Source: Delftia acidovorans NBRC 14950 (lineage in GTDB: Bacteria > Pseudomonadota > Gammaproteobacteria > Burkholderiales > Burkholderiaceae_C). From it: 32,000 bases of DNA. The translations under genes were made by a program, and so were the position numbers. Below are positions 7,459-16,721 of this stretch, piece by piece (the stretch's first letter is position 1; every line of letters begins with the position of its first letter). The notes under the pieces are model-generated. The model made no database searches. It was not told where the DNA came from and was given only the letters and a program-made list of their open reading frames with translations. The stretch is from positions 120,001 through 152,000 of the forward strand of contig NZ_BCZP01000002.1 in assembly GCF_001598795.1 (NCBI RefSeq), given 5' to 3'.

Positions 7459-8919
7459 ATGCATGCGAACACCAAGACCGCCGCAAAGGCATCCGCGCGC
7501 AGCCGCCCCGGCAGCGTGCTGACCCTCTGGCGCCCCGAGGACAGGCAGTTCTGGGAGCGCGAGGGCGAGGCCATCGCCAGGATCAACCTCTGGATCTCGG
7601 TGCCCGCCCTGTTCCTGGCCTTTGCCATCTGGCAGGTCTGGAGCGTGGTGGCCGTGAACCTGCCCGCGCTGGGCTTCACCTACTCCACCAACCAGCTGTT
7701 CTGGCTGGCAGCCGCGCCCGCGCTGTCGGGCGCCACGCTGCGCATCTTCTATTCCTTCATGGTGCCGCTGATGGGCGGGCGCCGCTGGACGGCGCTGTCC
7801 ACGGCCTCGCTGCTGATCCCGGCCATCGGCATCGGCTACGCCGTGCAGGATGCCAGCACCGGCTATCCGACCATGCTGATCCTGGCCCTGCTGTGCGGCC
7901 TGGGCGGGGGCAACTTCAGCTCCAGCATGGCCAACATCAGCTTCTTCTTTCCCAAGGAGCGCAAGGGCTCGGCCCTGGGCGTGAACGCGGGCCTGGGCAA
8001 CCTGGGCGTGTCGGTGGTGCAGTTCCTGAGCCCGCTGGTGATCACGGCCGGCATCTTCGGCGTCTTCGGCGGCGATGCGCAGACCATCACCAAGGCCGGC
8101 GAGACCACCCGGGTGTGGGCGCAGAACGCCGCCTTCATCTGGGTGCCGTGGATCGCCATCGCCTCGCTGGCCGCCTGGTTCGGCATGAACGACATCGCCG
8201 ACGCCAAGGCCAGCTTCGCGGCCCAGGCCGCCATCTTCCGGCGCAAGCACAACTGGGTGATGTGCCTGCTGTACCTGGGCACCTTCGGCTCGTTCATCGG
8301 CTTTGCCGCCGGCTTTCCGCTGCTGATCAAGAGCCAGTTCCCGGCGGTCAATCCGCTGGCCTATGCCTGGCTGGGCCCGCTGCTGGGCGCGCTGTCGCGG
8401 CCCTTTGGCGGCTGGCTGGCCGACAAGGCGGGCGGCGCGCGCGTGACGTTCTGGAACTTCCTCGTCATGGCCGTGGCCGTGGTGGGCGTGCTGTATTTCC
8501 TGCCCAAGGGCAGCGGCGGCTACGCGCTGGGCTTCGGCCCTGCCGAGGGCAGCTTCATGGGCTTCTTTCTGATGTTCCTGGTGCTGTTCCTGACCACGGG
8601 CATCGGCAACGGATCGACCTTCAGCATGATCCCGGCGATTTTCCTGGCGCTCAAGCAGCGCGAGCTCGGCGCCCATCCCAGCGAGCAAGCGCAGGCCCAT
8701 GCCCTCAAGGAGGGCAATACCGAAGGCGCGGCCGCCCTGGGCTTTGCGGGCGCGCTGGGAGCCTACGGCGGCTTCTTCATCCCCAAGAGCTACGGCAGCT
8801 CCATCGCCGCCACGGGCGGGCCCGAGCTGGCGCTGTGGGTGTTTGCCGCCTTCTATGTGCTGTGCGTGGGCGTGACCTGGTGGTACTACGCGCGCAGGAA
8901 CGCCGAGATGCCCTGCTGA
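7459..8919 (+). CDS. narK2: Nitrate/nitrite antiporter NarK2 (MFS, NNP family)
   Basis: 486 aa from ATG 7459, with the SD GCAGGAG 7 nt upstream. Motifs include GLGGGNFSSSMANISFFFPKERKGSALGVNAGLGNLG and GALGAYGGFFIP. This is the second of two tandem narK paralogues, the same order as the Pseudomonas aeruginosa narK1K2GHJI operon. Confidence 0.9.
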   Translation: MHANTKTAAKASARSRPGSVLTLWRPEDRQFWEREGEAIARINLWISVPALFLAFAIWQVWSVVAVNLPALGFTYSTNQLFWLAAAPALSGATLRIFYSFMVPLMGGRRWTALSTASLLIPAIGIGYAVQDASTGYPTMLILALLCGLGGGNFSSSMANISFFFPKERKGSALGVNAGLGNLGVSVVQFLSPLVITAGIFGVFGGDAQTITKAGETTRVWAQNAAFIWVPWIAIASLAAWFGMNDIADAKASFAAQAAIFRRKHNWVMCLLYLGTFGSFIGFAAGFPLLIKSQFPAVNPLAYAWLGPLLGALSRPFGGWLADKAGGARVTFWNFLVMAVAVVGVLYFLPKGSGGYALGFGPAEGSFMGFFLMFLVLFLTTGIGNGSTFSMIPAIFLALKQRELGAHPSEQAQAHALKEGNTEGAAALGFAGALGAYGGFFIPKSYGSSIAATGGPELALWVFAAFYVLCVGVTWWYYARRNAEMPC

Positions 8920-8986
8920 GCCCCGGGCCGCAGGCACTACTGCACCGAACAGCAACGCACCGCAACGAACAACAAGGAGTCCCGCG

Positions 8987-11900
8987 ATGAGCCATTTTCT
9001 GGACAAGCTTTCCTACTTCTCCCTGCCCCGGCAGGAATTCTCCAACGGCCATGGCCAGGTGACGGGCGAGGACCGCACCTGGGAAGACGCCTACCGCGAC
9101 CGCTGGGCTCATGACAAGGTGGTGCGCTCCACGCACGGCGTGAACTGCACGGGCTCGTGCTCGTGGAAGATCTACGTCAAGGGCGGCATCGTGACCTGGG
9201 AGACCCAGCAGACCGACTACCCGCGCACGCGCGCCGACCTGCCCAACCACGAGCCGCGCGGCTGCGCGCGCGGCGCCAGCTACAGCTGGTACCTGTACAG
9301 CGCCAACCGCGTCAAATACCCCATGGTGCGTGGCCGGCTGCTCAAGCACTGGCGTGCCGCACTGGCCGTGGCCAGGAGCCCGGTCGATGCCTGGGCCGCC
9401 ATCGTCGAGAACGCGGATGCGCGCAGCGAGTGGCAGAAGCAGCGCGGCCTGGGCGGCTTCGTGCGCAGCAGCTGGGACGAGGTCAACCGCATGATCGCGG
9501 CGGCCAACGTCTACACCATCAAGAAGCACGGGCCGGACCGCATCATCGGCTTCTCGCCGATTCCGGCCATGTCCATGATCTCGTATGCCGCAGGCAGCCG
9601 CTACCTGAGCCTGATCGGCGGCGTGTGCATGAGCTTCTACGACTGGTACTGCGACCTGCCGCCGGCCAGCCCCCAGACCTGGGGCGAGCAGACCGACGTG
9701 CCAGAGAGCGCCGACTGGTACAACTCCAACTTCATCATTGCCTGGGGCTCCAACGTGCCCCAGACGCGTACCCCCGACGCCCACTTCTTCACCGAGGTCC
9801 GCTACAAGGGCGCCAAGGTCGTGGCCGTCACGCCCGACTACTCCGAGGTCGCCAAGCTGGCCGACCTGTGGATGCACCCCAAGCAGGGCACGGATGCCGC
9901 CGTGGCCATGGCCATGGGCCACGTCATCCTCAAGGAGTTCTACTTCGGCGAGCGCGGCCGCCCGGCCTATTTCGAGGACTATGCGCGCCGCTACACCGAC
10001 CTGCCGCTGCTGATCCGCCTCAAGCGCCAGCAACTGCCCGACGGCCGCACGGCCCTGGTGCCCGAGCGCTATGTGCGCGCCAGCGACTTCGACGGCCACC
10101 TGGGCCAGGACAGCAACCCCGAATGGAAGACCGTGGCCTACGGCGAGGACGGCGGCGTGGCCCTGCCCAACGGCTCCATCGGCTTTCGCTGGGGCGAGGC
10201 CGGCCGCGCCGACGAGGGCCTGTGGAACCTCGAATCCAAGGAGGCGCGCACGGGCAATGACGTGCAGCTCAAGCTCTCGGTGCTGGACGGCCAGGGCGTG
10301 GACAGTGAAGTGGCCGACGTGGCCTTCCCCTACTTCGGCGGCCTGCAGTCGCCGGGGTTCGACGCCAACGAGCAGGGCACGGATGTGCTGCTGCGCCGCG
10401 TGCCCGTCTCGCGCATGGTGCTGGACGGCGAGGAGGCCATCGTGGCCACCGTGTTCGACCTGCTGGCGGGCAACTACGGCATCCACCGCGGCCTGGACGG
10501 CGAGGGCGCTGATGGCGGCTATGACGCCGATGCGCCCTACACCCCGGCCTGGCAGGAAAAGATCACCGGCGTGCCGCGTGACCAGGTGATCGCCATTGCG
10601 CGCCAGTTCGCCGACAACGCCGAGAAGACGCGCGGCAAGTCCATGGTCATCATCGGCGCGGCCATGAACCACTGGTACCACTGCGACATGAACTACCGCG
10701 GCATCATCAACATGCTGATGCTGTGCGGCTGCATCGGCCAGAGCGGCGGCGGCTGGGCGCACTACGTGGGCCAGGAAAAGCTGCGCCCGCAGACCGGCTG
10801 GACCGCGCTGGCCTTTGCGCTGGACTGGCTGCGCCCGCCGCGCCAGATGAACTCCACCAGCTTCTTCTACGCCCACACCGACCAGTGGCGCTACGAGAAG
10901 CTGGGCGTGGAAGAGGTGCTGTCCCCGCTGGCCGACCGCAGCCAGTACGGCGGCGCCATGATCGACTACAACGTGCGCGCCGAGCGCATGGGCTGGCTGC
11001 CCAGCGCACCGCAGCTGCAGGCCAACCCGCTGCAGCTGGTGCGCGACGCCCAGGCCCAGGGCCTGGACGTGAAGGACCACGTGGTGCAGTCCCTGCAGGA
11101 CGGCTCGCTGTCCATGAGTTGCGAGGACCCCGACCACCCGGCCAACTGGCCGCGCAACATGTTCGTGTGGCGCTCCAACATCCTGGGCAGCTCGGGCAAG
11201 GGCCACGAGTACTTCCTCAAGCACCTGCTGGGCACCACCCATGGCGTGCAAGGAAAAGACCTGGGCCACGATGAAGCCAAGCCGCAGGAAGTGCGCTGGC
11301 ACGACAAGGCGCCCGAAGGCAAGCTGGACCTGCTGGTCACGCTGGACTTCCGCATGAGCACCACCTGCCTGTACTCGGACATCGTCCTGCCCACGGCCAC
11401 CTGGTACGAGAAGAACGACCTCAACACCAGCGACATGCACCCCTTCATCCACCCGCTGTCGGCGGCCGTGGACCCGGCCTGGCAGGCCAGGAGCGACTGG
11501 GAGATCTACAAGGGCTTCGCCAAGTCCTTCAGCGAGGTCTGCGTGGGCCACCTGGGCGTGGAAAAGGACGTGGTGCTCACGCCGCTGATGCACGACACCC
11601 CCGCCGAGCTGGCCCAGCCCGATGGCGTGCGCGACTGGAAGAAGGGCGATTGCGCCCTGATCCCCGGCAAGACCGCGCCGCAGATTGCGGTGGTCGAGCG
11701 CGACTATCCCAACCTCTACAAGCGCTTCACGGCCCTGGGCCCGCTGATGGACAGGCTGGGCAACGGCGGCAAGGGCATCGGCTGGAACACCGAGACCGAG
11801 GTGGAGCAACTGGGCGAGCTCAACGGCCTGGTGCGCGAGGAAGGCGTGAGCCAGGGCCGCCCGCGCATCGTCACCGACATCGACGCCACCGAGGTGGTGA

Positions 11901-12772
11901 TGATGCTGGCGCCCGAGACCAACGGCCACGTGGCCGTCAAGGCCTGGGAGGCGCTGTCGAAGCAGACGGGGCGCGAGCACGCCCACCTGGCCCTGCACCG
12001 CGAGGACGAGAAGATCCGCTTTCGCGACATCCAGGCCCAGCCGCGCAAGATCATCAGCTCGCCCACCTGGTCGGGCCTGGAAAGCGAGAAGGTCAGCTAC
12101 AACGCCTGCTACACCAACGTGCATGAGCTGATCCCATGGCGCACCCTTACCGGCCGCCAGCAGTTCTACCAGGACCATCCGTGGATGCGCGACTTCGGCG
12201 AAGGCTTCGTCAGCTACCGCCCGCCCGTGCACATGAAGGCGCTGCAGGAAGTGCAGGGCCAAAAGCCCAACGGCTACCCCGAGATCGCGCTGAACTTCAT
12301 CACGCCGCACCAGAAGTGGGGCATCCACTCCACCTATGGCGACAACCTGATGATGCTCACGCTGGCGCGTGGCGGCCCCATCGTCTGGCTCAGCGAGGAC
12401 GACGCCAAGAGCGCCGGCATCGCCGACAACGACTGGGTGGAGCTGTACAACGCCAACGGCGCCATCGCGGCGCGGGCCGTGGTCAGCCAGCGCGTCAAGC
12501 CGGGCATGGTGATGATGTACCACGCGCAGGAGAAGACCATCAACACGCCGGGCTCGGAGATCACCGGCACGCGCGGCGGCATCCACAACTCGGTCACGCG
12601 CATCGTGCTCAAGCCCACCCACATGATCGGCGGCTACGCGCAGTACAGCTACGGCTTCAACTACTACGGAACCATCGGCACCAACCGCGACGAGTTCGTC
12701 CTGGTCCGAAAGATGCGCCGCATCGACTGGCTGGATGACGAAGCTCCGGCCGGCGCAGCCGCCCATGCCTGA
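8987..12772 (+). CDS. narG: Respiratory (membrane-bound) nitrate reductase alpha subunit NarG
   Basis: 1261 aa. The N-terminal FS0 ligand motif HGVNCTGSCSWKIYVKGGIVTWE is present, along with Mo-bisMGD-family motifs throughout. The SD AAGGAG is upstream. Confidence 0.97.
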   Translation: MSHFLDKLSYFSLPRQEFSNGHGQVTGEDRTWEDAYRDRWAHDKVVRSTHGVNCTGSCSWKIYVKGGIVTWETQQTDYPRTRADLPNHEPRGCARGASYSWYLYSANRVKYPMVRGRLLKHWRAALAVARSPVDAWAAIVENADARSEWQKQRGLGGFVRSSWDEVNRMIAAANVYTIKKHGPDRIIGFSPIPAMSMISYAAGSRYLSLIGGVCMSFYDWYCDLPPASPQTWGEQTDVPESADWYNSNFIIAWGSNVPQTRTPDAHFFTEVRYKGAKVVAVTPDYSEVAKLADLWMHPKQGTDAAVAMAMGHVILKEFYFGERGRPAYFEDYARRYTDLPLLIRLKRQQLPDGRTALVPERYVRASDFDGHLGQDSNPEWKTVAYGEDGGVALPNGSIGFRWGEAGRADEGLWNLESKEARTGNDVQLKLSVLDGQGVDSEVADVAFPYFGGLQSPGFDANEQGTDVLLRRVPVSRMVLDGEEAIVATVFDLLAGNYGIHRGLDGEGADGGYDADAPYTPAWQEKITGVPRDQVIAIARQFADNAEKTRGKSMVIIGAAMNHWYHCDMNYRGIINMLMLCGCIGQSGGGWAHYVGQEKLRPQTGWTALAFALDWLRPPRQMNSTSFFYAHTDQWRYEKLGVEEVLSPLADRSQYGGAMIDYNVRAERMGWLPSAPQLQANPLQLVRDAQAQGLDVKDHVVQSLQDGSLSMSCEDPDHPANWPRNMFVWRSNILGSSGKGHEYFLKHLLGTTHGVQGKDLGHDEAKPQEVRWHDKAPEGKLDLLVTLDFRMSTTCLYSDIVLPTATWYEKNDLNTSDMHPFIHPLSAAVDPAWQARSDWEIYKGFAKSFSEVCVGHLGVEKDVVLTPLMHDTPAELAQPDGVRDWKKGDCALIPGKTAPQIAVVERDYPNLYKRFTALGPLMDRLGNGGKGIGWNTETEVEQLGELNGLVREEGVSQGRPRIVTDIDATEVVMMLAPETNGHVAVKAWEALSKQTGREHAHLALHREDEKIRFRDIQAQPRKIISSPTWSGLESEKVSYNACYTNVHELIPWRTLTGRQQFYQDHPWMRDFGEGFVSYRPPVHMKALQEVQGQKPNGYPEIALNFITPHQKWGIHSTYGDNLMMLTLARGGPIVWLSEDDAKSAGIADNDWVELYNANGAIAARAVVSQRVKPGMVMMYHAQEKTINTPGSEITGTRGGIHNSVTRIVLKPTHMIGGYAQYSYGFNYYGTIGTNRDEFVLVRKMRRIDWLDDEAPAGAAAHA

Positions 12773-12790
12773 ACAACAAGGAGAAACACG

Positions 12791-14332
12791 ATGAAAATCC
12801 GCGCACAGATCGGCATGGTGCTGAACCTGGACAAGTGCATCGGCTGCCACACCTGCTCCGTCACCTGCAAGAACGTCTGGACCAGCCGCCCGGGCGTCGA
12901 ATACGCCTGGTTCAACAACGTCGAGACCAAGCCCGGCATCGGCTACCCGCGCGAGTGGGAAAACCAGGCCAAGTGGAACGGCGGCTGGATGCGCCGCACG
13001 GACGGCTCCATCGCGCCCCGCCAGGGTGGCAAGTGGAGCCTGTTGATGCGCATCTTCGCCAACCCCAACCTGCCCCAGATCGACGACTACTACGAACCCT
13101 TCACCTACGACTACGAGCACCTGCAGTCGGCCAGGGAAAGCAAGGCCGCGCCCACGGCGCGCGCGCGCAGCCTGATCTCGGGCCAGCGCATGGAGAAGAT
13201 CGAATGGGGTCCGAACTGGGAGGAAATCCTGGGCGGCGAATTCAGCAAGCGCAGCCATGACGTGAACTTCGAGCAGATCCAGAAGGACATCTACGGCCAG
13301 TTCGAGAACACCTTCATGATGTACCTGCCGCGCCTGTGCGAGCACTGCCTGAACCCGGCCTGCGTGGCGTCCTGCCCCTCGGGCTCGATCTACAAGCGCG
13401 AGGAGGACGGCATCGTCCTCATCGACCAGGACAAGTGCCGCGGCTGGCGCATGTGCGTCTCCGGCTGCCCCTACAAGAAGATCTACTACAACTGGCAAAG
13501 CGGCAAGGCCGAAAAATGCATCTTCTGCTACCCGCGCATCGAGGCCGGCCAGCCCACCGTCTGCTCCGAAACCTGCGTGGGCCGCATCCGCTACCTGGGC
13601 GTGCTGCTGTACGACGCCGACCGCATCGAGGAAGCAGCCAGCGTGGAGCGCGACCGCGACCTCTACCAGGCGCAGCTGGACATCTTCCTGGACCCCAATG
13701 ACCCCGAGGTCATCCGCCAGGCCCGCATCGACGGCATCCCCGACGCCTGGATCGAGGCCGCACAGTCCAGCCCCGTCTACAAGATGGCCGTGGACTGGAA
13801 GGTGGCCCTGCCGCTGCACCCCGAGTACCGCACCCTGCCCATGGTCTGGTATGTGCCGCCGCTGTCGCCCATCACCTCGGCGGCGAACGCCGGGCATCTC
13901 GACAGTGTCGGCCGCAGCCCCATCAATGGCGACCTGCCCGATGTCTCGCAGCTGCGCATCCCCGTGCAGTACCTGGCCAACCTGCTCACCGCCGGCGACA
14001 CCACGCCCGTGGTGCGCGCGCTGGAGCGCATGCTGGCCATGCGCGCGTACCAGCGCAGCAAGCACGTGGACCAGGAACAGAACCTGGCCGTGCTCCAGTA
14101 CGCGGGACTGACGGTGCACGAGGTCGAGGACATGTACCAGACCATGGCGATCGCCAACTACGAGGACCGCTTCGTCATCCCCTCGGCCCACCGCGAATAC
14201 GCCGAAAGCGCGTTCGATTTGCGCGGCGGCTGCGGCTTCTCGTTCGGCAACGGCTGCTCCGACGGCAGCACCGACGCCAGCCTGTTCGGCGGCAAGAAGC
14301 CGCGCACCATCCCCATCCGCGCGCAAATGTGA
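12791..14332 (+). CDS. narH: Respiratory nitrate reductase beta (Fe-S) subunit NarH
   Basis: 513 aa. Four cysteine groups are present: CIGCHTCSVTCK, CEHCLNPACVASCP, CRGWRMCVSGCP and CIFCYPRIEAGQPTVCSETC. Confidence 0.97.
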   Translation: MKIRAQIGMVLNLDKCIGCHTCSVTCKNVWTSRPGVEYAWFNNVETKPGIGYPREWENQAKWNGGWMRRTDGSIAPRQGGKWSLLMRIFANPNLPQIDDYYEPFTYDYEHLQSARESKAAPTARARSLISGQRMEKIEWGPNWEEILGGEFSKRSHDVNFEQIQKDIYGQFENTFMMYLPRLCEHCLNPACVASCPSGSIYKREEDGIVLIDQDKCRGWRMCVSGCPYKKIYYNWQSGKAEKCIFCYPRIEAGQPTVCSETCVGRIRYLGVLLYDADRIEEAASVERDRDLYQAQLDIFLDPNDPEVIRQARIDGIPDAWIEAAQSSPVYKMAVDWKVALPLHPEYRTLPMVWYVPPLSPITSAANAGHLDSVGRSPINGDLPDVSQLRIPVQYLANLLTAGDTTPVVRALERMLAMRAYQRSKHVDQEQNLAVLQYAGLTVHEVEDMYQTMAIANYEDRFVIPSAHREYAESAFDLRGGCGFSFGNGCSDGSTDASLFGGKKPRTIPIRAQM

Positions 14333-14343
14333 GGACTGCCGCC

Positions 14344-15057
14344 ATGTTCAATCACAACACCTCCACCCCCGTGCGCCTGACGCTGCGCGCGCTGGCCTGC
14401 CTCATCGGCTACCCGGGCGCCGAGCTGCGCGCCCTGCTGCCGGGCCTGATCGACGCCCTGCGCCTGGAGCAATCCGTGGCGCCCGCGCGGCTGCGCGAGT
14501 TGCAGCAGCTGGCCGAGCAGCTGCAGTCCATGGACCCCTTCGAGGCCGAGGCCCGCTACGTGGACACCTTCGACCGGGGCCACCAGACCTCGCTGCACCT
14601 GTTCGAGCATGTGCACGGCGACTCGGCCGACCGGGGCCCGGCGCTGATCGACCTGCAGCAGACCTACGAGCGCGCGGGCCTGGCCTTCGAGGCCGACGAA
14701 CTGCCCGACCACCTGGCCGTGGTGCTGGAGTTCGCCTCCACCCAGCCGCCGGCCATCGCCCGTGAATTCCTGGGCGAGATGGCCCACATCCTCAACGCCC
14801 TGTTCACGGCGCTGGTGCGGCGCGACAGCCCCTACGCCAGCGTGATCGCGGCCGTGCTGGAGATCACCGGCCACAGGGCCGAGCGCGTGGAAATCCGCCC
14901 CGAGCCCGCGATGGACGAGGCCTGGGCCGAACCCGCCGCCTTCGACGGCTGCAGCAGCCAGGGCAAATCCCGCCCCGGCGCCGAGCAGCCTGTGCATTTC
15001 GTGCGCCGCACGGCGGCGCCCCAAGCCCAAGGACCCCGCCAAAGGAGCCTGACATGA
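14344..15057 (+). CDS. narJ: Nitrate reductase molybdenum-cofactor assembly chaperone NarJ
   Basis: 237 aa from ATG 14344, with the SD GAGGA 7 nt upstream (a GTG at 14329 is an alternative start). The motif SLHLFEHVHGDSADRGPALIDL matches the conserved NarJ core. Its stop overlaps the narI ATG (ATGA). Confidence 0.9.
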   Translation: MFNHNTSTPVRLTLRALACLIGYPGAELRALLPGLIDALRLEQSVAPARLRELQQLAEQLQSMDPFEAEARYVDTFDRGHQTSLHLFEHVHGDSADRGPALIDLQQTYERAGLAFEADELPDHLAVVLEFASTQPPAIAREFLGEMAHILNALFTALVRRDSPYASVIAAVLEITGHRAERVEIRPEPAMDEAWAEPAAFDGCSSQGKSRPGAEQPVHFVRRTAAPQAQGPRQRSLT

Positions 15058-15791
15058 CCCCCTCCTGGATAGACCACCTGCTCTTCGGCCTCTACCCCTA
15101 CATCTGCCTGGCCGTGTTCTTCATCGGCAGCTGGCTGCGCTTCGACCGCGACCAGTACACCTGGAAGAGCGATTCATCGCAGCTGCTGCGCAGCGGCAGC
15201 CTGCGCTGGGGCAGCAACCTGTTCCACATCGGCGTGCTGTTCCTGTTCTTCGGCCACACCGTGGGCATGCTCACGCCGCACTTCGTCTACGAGCCCTTCA
15301 TGGCCGCAGGCGCCAAGCAGCTGCTGGCCATGGTCAGCGGCGGCATCGCGGGCACGCTGGGCTTCATCGGCCTCACCATCTTGCTGCACCGCCGGCTGTC
15401 GGACGTGCGCATCCGCGTCAACTCCAGGTTCAGCGACATCGCCATCCTCTGGCTGCTGTGGCTGCAGCTGCTGCTGGGTCTGGCCACCATCCCGCTGTCT
15501 GCAAAGCACATGGACGGCTCCATGATGATGGCCCTGGCCGAATGGGCGCAGCGCATCGTCACCTTCCGTGGCGGCGCGGCCGAACTGCTGGCCGAGGCCG
15601 GCTGGGTGTTCAAGGCCCACATGTTCCTGGGCATGAGCATCTTCCTGGTCTTCCCCTTCACGCGCCTGGTCCATGTCTGGAGCGGCTTCGGCACCCTGGT
15701 CTACCTGCTGCGCCCCTACCAGCTGGTGCGCTCGCGCCGCCTGGGCCTGCCCGCATCGTCGGCACGCCGTGACGCCAAGCCCGGCCATTGA
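15054..15791 (+). CDS. narI: Respiratory nitrate reductase gamma (di-haem b) subunit NarI
   Basis: 245 aa with 5 TM helices. The motif SSQLLRSGSLRWGSNLFHIGVLFLFFGHTVGMLTP matches the NarI haem-ligand region. Confidence 0.95.
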   Translation: MTPSWIDHLLFGLYPYICLAVFFIGSWLRFDRDQYTWKSDSSQLLRSGSLRWGSNLFHIGVLFLFFGHTVGMLTPHFVYEPFMAAGAKQLLAMVSGGIAGTLGFIGLTILLHRRLSDVRIRVNSRFSDIAILWLLWLQLLLGLATIPLSAKHMDGSMMMALAEWAQRIVTFRGGAAELLAEAGWVFKAHMFLGMSIFLVFPFTRLVHVWSGFGTLVYLLRPYQLVRSRRLGLPASSARRDAKPGH

Positions 15792-15801
15792 GGAGATCGA
15801 C

Positions 15802-16707
15802 ATGGAACATGGATGCAACGGATCGGGCGGCGGCCACTGCGGCTGCGCGTCTTCAACCCCTTCTTCTGCTACTTCTTCTGCCCCGATGGGGGATCTCCCG
15901 GCGATTCCCGAAGTGCCCGCCTTCCAGCCCGTGGGCGAGGCCGGGGCCGAGGTGGCCCGCATCAACAACACGCCGCTGCACGCACCCGGACAGCGCCCGC
16001 CCGAGCGCGAACTGCGCCAGCGCGCCTGCACCGAGCTGCTGCGCCAGGCGGCCCAGCGCGAAGGCCTGCTGGGCGCCGATGATGCGGCCGGCGACGACGG
16101 CGTCATCAGCGAGCGCGCCTCCCAGGCCATAGAACAGCTGCTGGAGCAATCGCTGCACCTGCCCGAGCCCGGCGAGGACGCCTGCCGCCGCCACTTCGAT
16201 GCCAACCCCGCGCGCTTCGCCCAGGGCGAGCGCGTGCGCCTGCGCCACGTGCTGTTTGCCGTCACGCCCGGCGTGGACGTGCGCGCCCTCACCCAGCGGG
16301 CCGAGGCTCTGCTGATCGAGCTGCGCTGCGCCGACGACGGCGGCCTGCGCTTTGCCGAGGCCGCGCGCCAATGGTCCAACTGCCCCAGCGGCCAGCACGG
16401 CGGCGAACTGGGCTGGCTGGGCCGCAGCGACTGCGCACCCGAATTCGCGCGCGATGTCTTTGCCTCCCAGGAAATCGGCGTGCTGCCGCGCCTGGTGCAC
16501 AGCCGCTTCGGCCTGCATGTGGTTGAGGTCTGCGCGCGCGAGGCGGGCGTTCTGCCCGACTGGCAGCAGGCGCGCCCGGCCGTCGCCCAGGCCCTGCACC
16601 AGCAGACCTGGGTGAGCGCGCTCCACCAGTACCTGCAACTGCTGGCCGGCCAGTCCGAAGTGGTGGGCGTGCGCATCGCTGCGGCCGACTCGCCGCTGGT
16701 GCAATAA
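15802..16707 (+). CDS. PpiC/parvulin-type peptidyl-prolyl isomerase, nar-operon associated, with a Cys/His-rich N-terminus
   Basis: 301 aa from ATG 15802, with the SD GAGGAG upstream. The parvulin domain reads RLRHVLFAV...FAEAARQWSNCPSGQHGGELGWLGRSDCAPEFARDVF...SRFGLHVVEV. It occupies the same position as the PpiC-type gene after narI in P. aeruginosa (from memory). The N-terminus reads MEHGCNGSGGGHCGC. Confidence 0.8.
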   Translation: MEHGCNGSGGGHCGCASSTPSSATSSAPMGDLPAIPEVPAFQPVGEAGAEVARINNTPLHAPGQRPPERELRQRACTELLRQAAQREGLLGADDAAGDDGVISERASQAIEQLLEQSLHLPEPGEDACRRHFDANPARFAQGERVRLRHVLFAVTPGVDVRALTQRAEALLIELRCADDGGLRFAEAARQWSNCPSGQHGGELGWLGRSDCAPEFARDVFASQEIGVLPRLVHSRFGLHVVEVCAREAGVLPDWQQARPAVAQALHQQTWVSALHQYLQLLAGQSEVVGVRIAAADSPLVQ

Positions 16708-16721
16708 CGGGGGAAGTGCCC

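Noticed and set aside
8777-14326. A gigantic 1849-aa ORF on the minus strand spanning narG and narH.
   Set aside because: It is exactly antisense to two unmistakable, motif-rich genes. Its product is low-complexity Ala/Gly/Arg/Val/His-rich sequence with no recognisable domain. Stop-free antisense frames are expected when sense codons are strongly GC3-biased.
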